Virus record (IMG/VR): IMGVR_UViG_3300045988_168611
Location: 54,219-118,218 of that record
Reading direction: 5' to 3' (one strand)
Origin: a virus
Length of the DNA: 64,000 nt
In this document: positions 52,640 through 59,403 of the stretch, one piece after another
How the letters are laid out: the number at the start of each line of letters is the position of its first letter
Numbering within the stretch: the first letter of the stretch is position 1
Position numbers and translations under genes: made by a program
Notes under the pieces: model-generated
What the model saw: only the letters and a program-made list of their open reading frames with translations
The model's database searches: none
What the model was told of the DNA's origin: nothing

Positions 52640-53851
52640 ATGTCTACGTCTACGAGTCCATGGGATGATGCTTTGCGCCGTTACAGCGCGCGCGAGCACA
52701 CGCATGATGACATCGTGACTGAGTCTGGTGTGGCGGCAGCTGATGTGACAGCTGCCGCCACCGGCGCTGCTCTGCCTAGTTTCGATGACATCGTGAATGG
52801 CGATGGGACTAGCCCTGACAAGACCGAGTCTTTGGTCGTTCCATCGAGTCTCGATGAGGTGCTGCACGATGCTGGGGTTGCCCACGGTAAGCAAGGCACG
52901 CAGAACCCGAAGAACAAGCGGAGCAAATGGCGCGCTGCTCTGACAGCGATCGTGTGGCTTATCGTCACGAGTCTCATCTGTGGCGGTCTTTACCTGATCT
53001 ATCGCGCACATGATGAGGCTCAGGTCGAGGAAGAGCTTCCGGTGCCTGCTCAGACATATCAGGATGAGGAAATCTCTACTGCGCCTGTTGAGGCTACTGA
53101 TGATGTGCTCACCCATGAGTGGCCGGTCGTGAACGCGGATTCGGACCAAGGCTCGAACACGTGGGAGATTAACACTGAGGATTACAGGATTAGCACGATG
53201 TCGGTTGCTCGTATGGCTCCTGGGTCTGTGTTCATCCCGGAGTCCGGCATCTACATGGAGCTTCAGGGGTCTGATTCGTTCGAGGCGTCAAATTACGGTG
53301 ATCTTCAGACGATCCATGTGCCGACTAACGTGCACCGAGGTGTTTGGTACTCAGCTGGAGCGCCTCTCACCGCATCCGATACTGGAGTTCTCACCGGCGT
53401 TCGTCCGGGGTTTGATACACCACAGTCTTCTCGTGCTGTCTCACCCGCTTCGTCCCCCTCCCTGTCTTCTTCCGATACCGTGCAGTCGGGAACACAAACA
53501 AGCTCATCACGCGCAGTGAGTATGACGGGTGGCGAGGGAACGACGTTCATCGCCTCCCATGTGGCGTGGACAAAACGGCATCGTGGGGCTCTGTACACCA
53601 TGGCGACGGATGTCTCTCAGAATGAGTTGATCTGGGTGAAAGGCTTTGATGGATCGCTGTCCACGTGGCGCGTGAGCGGCATGTGGGTGGCTGAGCATCA
53701 GGCGTTCCCGGAGGACTATTTCAGCGCTACTGGTCCGCGTCGGTTGGTGCTGACGACCTGTGGTGGCCGTGTGAACAGCTACGGTTACTACCAGCAGAAC
53801 GTGTTTCTGGTGGCAGAGCCTGTGGCTTTGGAATCAGCGATGCAGCAGTGA
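52640..53851 (+). CDS. Membrane-anchored sortase-like transpeptidase (actinobacterial class E/F type)
   Basis: TM segment ALTAIVWLIVTSLICGGLYLIY. The catalytic-domain pattern is VGVWYS..., FIASHV (His) and RLVLTTCGG (TxxTC Cys) ...NVFLVAEP. A Ser-rich insert lies between the WY and His regions. The start is 4 nt after the ParM stop. Confidence 0.65.
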   Translation: MSTSTSPWDDALRRYSAREHTHDDIVTESGVAAADVTAAATGAALPSFDDIVNGDGTSPDKTESLVVPSSLDEVLHDAGVAHGKQGTQNPKNKRSKWRAALTAIVWLIVTSLICGGLYLIYRAHDEAQVEEELPVPAQTYQDEEISTAPVEATDDVLTHEWPVVNADSDQGSNTWEINTEDYRISTMSVARMAPGSVFIPESGIYMELQGSDSFEASNYGDLQTIHVPTNVHRGVWYSAGAPLTASDTGVLTGVRPGFDTPQSSRAVSPASSPSLSSSDTVQSGTQTSSSRAVSMTGGEGTTFIASHVAWTKRHRGALYTMATDVSQNELIWVKGFDGSLSTWRVSGMWVAEHQAFPEDYFSATGPRRLVLTTCGGRVNSYGYYQQNVFLVAEPVALESAMQQ

Positions 53852-53865
53852 TCGCTGTGTAAAGC

Positions 53866-53902
53866 AATACCCCGTAGCAGCGTAATGCTGCTACGGGGTA
53901 TT
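53866..53902. terminator. Bidirectional 16-bp hairpin between the convergent sortase and ssb genes
   Basis: AATACCCCGTAGCAGC (53866-53881) pairs with GCTGCTACGGGGTATT (53887-53902). Confidence 0.7.
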
Positions 53903-53959
53903 GGTGTTGTTTGTGAATATTCAGTTGTGATTGTTGATCAGAATCCTACCATGTTCTTC

Positions 53960-54526
53960 TCAGAAAGGCGGGTTACCCTGATCGAACCCGTCACCGAACG
54001 GATCGGACGCGTTGAGCGCGTCGTCCGCGAAGACGGGAGCCTGGGAAACAGGAGCGGCCTGAGAAACAGGCGCAGGAGCGGCAACCTGCTGGACGGGCGC
54101 AGCAACAGGCTGAGCAGCCTGAGCAGCGCGGTTCCGCGCATCCTGCTCGGCGGCGCGTCGGGCAAGACGTGCGGTGGTCACTTCACGCTTCTCATCCATC
54201 TGAACGTCATCGACGATGTTCTTTGGGATGTAGTGGGTTTCCCCGGTATCGGGATCCGTGTACACATCAGTAGTCGGGTGGTGCATGACGGTCACCAGGT
54301 CACCCTGATGAATCATGTCAAAGACGCCGTTTCCACGGTCGTTGGGGATGAAGCGCTCGACGGACACCGCGTCGGTTCCGCGCTCGCCGTTTCGCTTGGT
54401 GAAGTTCTGGTCGGCCAGAACGGTGAAGCGAACCGTGCGCGAACCGTCCTTGTTGGTGAAGAAACGCGGATCAGAGGCCAGGCGACCCTTGATAACAGCG
54501 AAGTTCTTGGGGTTGATGTTTGCCAT
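53960..54526 (-). CDS. ssb: Single-stranded DNA-binding protein (OB-fold, bacterial type)
   Basis: N-terminus MANINPKNFAVIKGRLASDPRFF, a Q/A/P-rich linker and the acidic tip DPFGDGFDQGNPPF. Start at ATG 54526 follows GAAGGAGAA. Confidence 0.85.
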   Translation of the reverse strand: MANINPKNFAVIKGRLASDPRFFTNKDGSRTVRFTVLADQNFTKRNGERGTDAVSVERFIPNDRGNGVFDMIHQGDLVTVMHHPTTDVYTDPDTGETHYIPKNIVDDVQMDEKREVTTARLARRAAEQDARNRAAQAAQPVAAPVQQVAAPAPVSQAAPVSQAPVFADDALNASDPFGDGFDQGNPPF

Positions 54527-54640
54527 GTTTATTTTCTCCTTCGTATGGCTAGGTGTAGATCGTCTGACGATCTCTATCAATAATTATCTTAGTACATCTG
54601 TGATGTACGGATTCTTAGTCTTCGAAGAAGACTCTTTCTC

Positions 54641-54976
54641 TTAGAACTGGGTGAACTTGAATTCACCAGTCAGTTCGTCGGTGATGAACTCGACCATCTC
54701 TTCCATGTCTTTTTCAACACCGGAATCGCCAACCCAGTGGTTCGGTTTGCCGTTCTTGAAAACCAGGAAGAAGCATCCGCATCCGTCGTCAGTCATATCA
54801 ATGACTGTCGGTCTACGGAGAAGTTCGAGAAGGTTGTAGTGGTTTCCCAGACCATCGATGAATCCATGTCGACCTAGTTCTGTTTGATATGCATGGGGCG
54901 GTTTAGTTGGTTGTTCATTCGAGAGAATCTGAGCAACCTTCTGTGCGATTTGGTTGATGTCCTTATCATCAAGCAT
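54641..54976 (-). CDS. Hypothetical protein (111 aa)
   Basis: Start at ATG 54976 follows AAAGGAGAG and overlaps the upstream gene's end by 8 nt. Confidence 0.55.
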   Translation of the reverse strand: MLDDKDINQIAQKVAQILSNEQPTKPPHAYQTELGRHGFIDGLGNHYNLLELLRRPTVIDMTDDGCGCFFLVFKNGKPNHWVGDSGVEKDMEEMVEFITDELTGEFKFTQF

Positions 54977-55256
54977 CTGAGCTCTCCTTTGCTTCGTTGT
55001 GATTGTCGATGATGATACCGATGAGCGTGTCAGCAACAATGTCAGGTGCGTTACCGTAGCTGGGGTACATACTTTCGATGCCGAACATGCATGAGCCAGG
55101 AGCGTCGACGTTCATGTCGTACAGGTTCTTGATGACTTCGTTTTCAAGAAGTTCTCTGAGGCGTTCTTCGGTGACGGTGAACTTACCGTCACCGATGCAT
55201 TCGATGCCGTTCACGGCATCATCGATGTACTCGATGCTCTTTGTCACGGCTGTCAC
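54969..55256 (-). CDS. Hypothetical protein (95 aa)
   Basis: Coupled to both neighbours by short overlaps. Confidence 0.55.
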   Translation of the reverse strand: MTAVTKSIEYIDDAVNGIECIGDGKFTVTEERLRELLENEVIKNLYDMNVDAPGSCMFGIESMYPSYGNAPDIVADTLIGIIIDNHNEAKESSDA

Positions 55257-55471
55257 GGGATGACCTTCCAGCCCTTACCGTCACCGATGTCGCGCTTCAT
55301 CGTGCTATCGAGCACGGATTCGGCAGTGATGGCGTCAGTGGCTGTGACCCAGCAGAACTCTGCGTCGTCGGTGAGCGACTTGAGGTAACGGGTATCGTTC
55401 GGGCTGATCAGGATGGCTCCGAGGCCGAGCCTGTGGAACGGGATAGAGAGATTCTTCAGTTTGATGATCAT
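55253..55471 (-). CDS. Hypothetical protein (72 aa)
   Basis: 4-nt overlap with the next gene. Confidence 0.5.
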   Translation of the reverse strand: MIIKLKNLSIPFHRLGLGAILISPNDTRYLKSLTDDAEFCWVTATDAITAESVLDSTMKRDIGDGKGWKVIP

Positions 55472-55571
55472 CGGAGGTACCTTTCTGTGTTGTGTTTAGA
55501 TACTAAAGTGACCCCCGACATAGAGCGAATTATGCCTATGCCAGGAGCCACTTATGCGTTGGGTTGTGAGC

Positions 55572-56732
55572 TCAGAGCTCGATGTCGTGAGGACGGTAAT
55601 CGTCCATCACGAGATGTACGAGTGCTTGGACTGGAGAGATGTTGTTGAAGTATTCCTGGTTCTGGTAGTTCGTCACCAGGTTCAGGATCTTCTTCATCCT
55701 CACCAACAGCTCGGAGACCATCGTGTACGTCATGTCGAAAATGATAGATTTTTGCTTCGTTTCGTCAAGTTCGATTGCTTCTCGCAAACGGTCCATGTCA
55801 TGCGAACGCACGTGTTCAATGGTTCGAGCAGTATTGATGAGGTCTCGCATCATAACTCCGTCGCCCATGTGAACGAACTTGCAATAGCTCTCTGAGAGCT
55901 CTTGGATGACGGCTTCCCATCGGGTCATGTTGCCGTCAAGGAGCATGAGCTCCCAGTCAGCAAACAGCTGGTTGATGATCCCTGCGGAGTGGTACTTACC
56001 TTCTCGCCAGATTCGCCTTTCCTGGTTCAGCTTGCGAGCAAACAGGACACGAGAATCGTTGGATACAACGGGGATCGCACGGACCTGTTCAAGATCGTCA
56101 TCAAGGGTAGTCAGATACAGGTTAAGTTCTTCGCTGGGGATCTTGACGAGCGTGCGGATGAAGCTGTCGTCGAGATCATCTGGGTACTTAACAATGACTT
56201 CGCGCCAGACTGGACGGCACTGGTCGACAGGGATTTCCTCCCAGTCGGAGTTGTCGACGATAAGCTCAGAGGCCCATTCTGCCAGCTCGTAGGGCACGAG
56301 AACAGGCGCGTGTGCGGTGCGCATCAGCTGCTGGACGACATAGCCCGTGCTGATGCAAGAAGCACCCTGGTACTCGGGACGGTTCATGATGGGCTCCCAC
56401 ACTGTGTCCATGTCCTTCGGGAAAGACCAATACAGCGCAGCTTCGATCTTGTCACCGAGGTAGCAAGCTTCGTCGATGAACATATTCTCGTGGCCGAGCT
56501 TACCGTTCTTGTTACCAGGTAGGTACAGTGCTCCGATGATCTTGTTGTCCTCCATGTATTCGGGGGACTCGTTGTACGAGACAATAAGGCGAGCTCCGTC
56601 GCCAAGGTAGAACGTCTTGCCGTCGCGATGGTAGTACCGCATCGCTTCAAGATTTTCAACAAGAGCGCGTCCTTCCTTGGTGAAAGACAGCCCAGCGATC
56701 ATGTTGTGTGTGAATTCATGATCGATATACAT
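55572..56732 (-). CDS. Hypothetical protein with N-terminal HExxH motif (paralog of 36214-37077)
   Basis: HEFTH at residues 5-9. The first ~170 aa align with the 287-aa paralog. Confidence 0.65.
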   Translation of the reverse strand: MYIDHEFTHNMIAGLSFTKEGRALVENLEAMRYYHRDGKTFYLGDGARLIVSYNESPEYMEDNKIIGALYLPGNKNGKLGHENMFIDEACYLGDKIEAALYWSFPKDMDTVWEPIMNRPEYQGASCISTGYVVQQLMRTAHAPVLVPYELAEWASELIVDNSDWEEIPVDQCRPVWREVIVKYPDDLDDSFIRTLVKIPSEELNLYLTTLDDDLEQVRAIPVVSNDSRVLFARKLNQERRIWREGKYHSAGIINQLFADWELMLLDGNMTRWEAVIQELSESYCKFVHMGDGVMMRDLINTARTIEHVRSHDMDRLREAIELDETKQKSIIFDMTYTMVSELLVRMKKILNLVTNYQNQEYFNNISPVQALVHLVMDDYRPHDIEL

Positions 56733-56767
56733 GATGATCCTTCCGATCGATTGTTGTTTGTTATTGA

Positions 56768-56859
56768 GTGCTGCTACAGGAATTGAACCTGTATCTCCCT
56801 ATTCGCAGATAAAGCAAAGACAGGTGCGGATAGAAGCTCTACCGTTGAGCTAAGCAGCT
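56768..56859 (-). tRNA. tRNA-like gene with expanded anticodon arm (possible pseudo-tRNA or insert-containing tRNA)
   Basis: Canonical D arm (GCTC/GAGC), T arm (ACAGG-TTCAATT-CCTGT) and 6 of 7 acceptor pairs. The TCTAT/ATAGG anticodon stem encloses 27 nt instead of 7, extendable to a 9-bp stem with a 17-nt loop. Confidence 0.45.
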
Positions 56860-56942
56860 TGTCACCCCACCCTTCTGACAAGGGTGACGAGGCGGGTGAC
56901 CCATAGTCAACACCAGAAAGGAAACAAATATGTGTTGACTAG

Positions 56943-57013
56943 CTCCCAAACCAGGATTCGAACCTAGATTACCGGAACCAAAATCCGGGGTGCTACCATT
57001 ACACCATTTGGGA
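56943..57013 (-). tRNA. tRNA-Gln (anticodon UUG)
   Basis: Manual cloverleaf: TCCCAAA/TTTGGGA acceptor, GTGT/GCAC D stem, CCGGA-TTTTGGT-TCCGG anticodon arm, CTAGG-TTCGAAT-CCTGG T arm. 71 nt, no encoded CCA. Confidence 0.8.
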
Positions 57014-57087
57014 TAAAGCCAAGTGGGTTACTTGGCCGAGTGAGTAAGACTCAGATTGCATGGCTTGGTATCACCACACGCAGTGTC

Positions 57088-57333
57088 TCAGTTGGTCTCG
57101 TACATGATGTCGACTCCGAAAGCGAGCGCGGCCTGGTGCTCCAGGGTGCATCCTCGCGTCGTGTCCCATCCGTCGCACATGTAGATCACGTGCGCCTTCG
57201 AGAGACGCATCAGCGCGAGGCCCATGTGCCACAGGGCAGGGTTGACGACATCGTTGTTTACACTATTCGAGATAGAGCCAATTGTGTTACTTGGCCGAGT
57301 AGGTGGGGTTATGTCACTGTCCTTTGTGAATAA
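57088..57333 (-). pseudogene. Truncated DUF4406 / nucleoside 2-deoxyribosyltransferase-like remnant
   Basis: Minus-strand frame reads ...NPALWHMGLALMRLSKAHVIYMCDGWDTTRGCTLEHQAALAFGVDIMYETN*. This resembles the C-terminal half of DUF4406 proteins. There is no start codon or N-terminal half, and 15-nt direct repeats flank it. Confidence 0.35.
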
Positions 57334-57379
57334 TCATGACATTGTTGCCGTTGTGGCTTCCTGCCTCTTTAGTAGCTTT

Positions 57380-57736
57380 TCAGGAAGCATTCGAACTTGA
57401 GAGTGACCAGTAGATGACCCTTGGTAGTGTGCGTCGGCCACGCATTGTCTGAGCAAACGTCTCATAGGACATTTTAAGACCGGTGTTCAATACCCACGGC
57501 TTTTCGTCATCGCCATCGTCAAAGACGAGCACGCGAAATGCTTCCCAACAGTCACCCCCGATAAGTGTGCCAGATGGGATTTGCTTACTATCCAAGATGG
57601 CAACCTCACCATCGGTGTCGATGCATAGGAACTTCGTAGATTCGGTCGGAAGAAGTTCATTTTCGAGCATCTGTCGAAACTCGTTGACAATATTGTCGAT
57701 CGTCTTCTGCATGTTCATCTTCTGAATGTCGTTCAT
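57380..57736 (-). CDS. Hypothetical protein (118 aa)
   Basis: Start trimmed to ATG 57736. The track extension overlaps the tRNA-like gene. Confidence 0.55.
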   Translation of the reverse strand: MNDIQKMNMQKTIDNIVNEFRQMLENELLPTESTKFLCIDTDGEVAILDSKQIPSGTLIGGDCWEAFRVLVFDDGDDEKPWVLNTGLKMSYETFAQTMRGRRTLPRVIYWSLSSSNAS

Positions 57737-57778
57737 TGCTGTTCCCGTCTTTCGTGGTAGTTTGTGGAACGTCAGTTG

Positions 57779-57868
57779 TGGGCCAGGCAGGAGTTGAACC
57801 TGCAATGTTTCTTATGTGTCCGACGTAGCGCTCCGCCGGGTGTCTTCACCAATTCGACGCACTGACCC
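57779..57868 (-). tRNA. tRNA-like gene (type II length) with non-canonical anticodon arm
   Basis: GGGTCAG/CTGGCCC acceptor, a Leu/Ser-like D arm (GTC-GAATTGGTGAA-GAC) and a GCAGG-TTCAACT-CCTGC T arm. The only anticodon-arm fold is CCGGCG/CGTCGG with the 8-nt loop GAGCGCTA, which lacks U33. Confidence 0.45.
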
Positions 57869-57984
57869 TTGTATGACTATGGCCCCATACGTGCTTGTCA
57901 TTAAACGTATGGGGCCTTTGGCTGGAGTCATCAATTAGCCGCGAGTAGTCACCCGCAACACAAGCCGCTCTCGTGCCTGTATCG

Positions 57985-58058
57985 TCGGAATGGCGGGATT
58001 CGAACCCGCGACCCCCTGCTCCCAAAGCAGGTGCGCTACCAAGCTGCGCCACATTCCG
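57985..58058 (-). tRNA. tRNA-Pro (anticodon UGG)
   Basis: CGGAATG/CATTCCG acceptor, GCGC-AGCTTGGTA-GCGC D arm, CCTGC-TTTGGGA-GCAGG anticodon arm, GCGGG-TTCGAAT-CCCGC T arm. 74 nt. Confidence 0.85.
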
Positions 58059-58417
58059 TGCTGTTGTATGTTGTGTTGCAGGTTTGCTCTCCAGGCCCCA
58101 GATCACCTCTGTTAGTAGATAGGCCCGAAGAGCAAACCAGATGCGGTAAGTCATTAGAAAGGTGATTTCTAATGGGTCCGCTACCGTCCTCAAGATTATC
58201 TCCCTGGACGGGGTTATGTGGGGGATGCTGTTCTGCTATCTATCATCGTAGTAGAACTTGACCAACAGAAACTCACACACAAACGCCCAATGGCGCAATT
58301 GTTGGTCCTCGGAGTGCTACCCCGTACGCGATCCCCCGATCGCGGTGTCCAGTGCATCCGCTTGATCAGAGCGGCAGGAACTGAGTCCTAATCATCCAGC
58401 ATTGCCCGGACACATGG

Positions 58418-58501
58418 TGGTCCCCTCGGTGGGATTCGAACCCACAAGCCAAAGGCGGCGCATTTTGAGTGCGCTGTGTTTGCCACTTTCACCACGAGGG
58501 G
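58418..58501 (-). tRNA. tRNA-Leu (anticodon CAA), type II, CCA encoded
   Basis: CCCCTCG/CGAGGGG acceptor, GCGCA-CTCAAAA-TGCGC anticodon arm, 12-nt variable arm, GTGGG-TTCGAAT-CCCAC T arm, then ACCA. Confidence 0.85.
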
Positions 58502-58627
58502 TTAGTGGTTGGTATTTGTACCAGTGTACATTACCTCCCCCGGTACATCTGTGATGTACAAGGGGTACACACAAATATACACAGGGGAGGCAACATGAAT
58601 TGGCTGACTGACTGTCTGGACTGTCAG

Positions 58628-58891
58628 TTATCGATGAGCAGGGTAAATGGGGATGTACGTGGCGATAGCCCTACGCCCCATCTCGATTTGCTCGACCAGA
58701 TCCTCAGCGAGAGACTCATCAGTCCAGTGGCCACCGTCAGGGCTGATCCAGTGACGCTGGCACTTCATGTACTGACGGTCCTCATGAGTCACCTGCTCAG
58801 TTGGGCCGACAGTGATGATCAGCGTTCCCACTGGGAGAGAACTCAGATCGGTTTCACCGTTTCTATCAAGAAACGCAACAGTAGTAGACAT
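58628..58891 (-). CDS. Hypothetical protein (87 aa)
   Basis: Clean ORF downstream of lsr2. Confidence 0.55.
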   Translation of the reverse strand: MSTTVAFLDRNGETDLSSLPVGTLIITVGPTEQVTHEDRQYMKCQRHWISPDGGHWTDESLAEDLVEQIEMGRRAIATYIPIYPAHR

Positions 58892-58903
58892 GTGCCGTTC
58901 CTG

Positions 58904-59287
58904 TCAGTTCTCGGAGTTCTCAGTGCTCTCGGCAGTGGGCGCAGCGTGTGCAGCCTCGTAGGCAGCGATGGTGTCCTGACCCAGCTGGCCTCGCTTGGAG
59001 ACGGTCACACCGTTCTCCAGCGCCCAGGCGCGGATCTCGGCGTTTCGCTGACGCTTGATGCGAGCAGCTTCGCTGGAGCTGCGTGCCTTGCGCTTGTTGG
59101 CCGGTGCACGGCGAGCACGGCGAGCGTGTTCAATATAAGGCGCGAGTGCTGCATTAAACGCAGCCGCGTTGGCCTCAGAGAGATCGATGATGTAGTTCTT
59201 GCCGCCCACACCGAACTCGATGGTGGCGGTAGCGGGCGAACCGTCGATGTCATCGACGAGCTCGACGCTCTTGTATTCCTTGCGCAT
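58904..59287 (-). CDS. lsr2: Lsr2-like nucleoid-associated protein
   Basis: The N-terminal dimerisation pattern VELVDDIDGSPATATIEFGVGGKNYIIDLSEANA, a basic linker, and the C-terminal IRAWALENGVTVSKRGQL DNA-binding motif. Start at ATG 59287 follows ACAGGAGAA. Confidence 0.8.
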   Translation of the reverse strand: MRKEYKSVELVDDIDGSPATATIEFGVGGKNYIIDLSEANAAAFNAALAPYIEHARRARRAPANKRKARSSSEAARIKRQRNAEIRAWALENGVTVSKRGQLGQDTIAAYEAAHAAPTAESTENSEN

Positions 59288-59403
59288 TGTTTTCTCCTGT
59301 TTCTCTTTCTGTTGTTCTTGAAAAGAGAGAGGCTCCAGAGAGTATTGCATCTCCAGAGCCTCTCTCCTTGTTCCTATGTCACAGCTACTGACTCACGTCA
59401 GTG

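Noticed and set aside
57040-57333. 97-aa plus-strand ORF between tRNA genes
   Set aside because: The opposite strand reads as the C-terminal half of a DUF4406-like protein. The plus-strand product has no features. The region is treated as a remnant or pseudogene instead.
57779-57868. tmRNA 3' end (T arm with a TTCAACTCC-type loop)
   Set aside because: A complementary acceptor 5' strand lies only 90 nt upstream. No tag-ORF or pseudoknot region is evident, and a terminator-like hairpin (57881-57916) closes the unit. The sequence fits a tRNA-sized gene.
58059-58417. 359-nt spacer between tRNA-Pro and tRNA-Leu as a further tRNA or ncRNA
   Set aside because: It contains hairpins such as GGTTTGCTCT/AGAGCAAACC and GCGATC/GATCGC. 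I could find no T-arm or cloverleaf and no other diagnostic feature, so there is not enough evidence to call anything.
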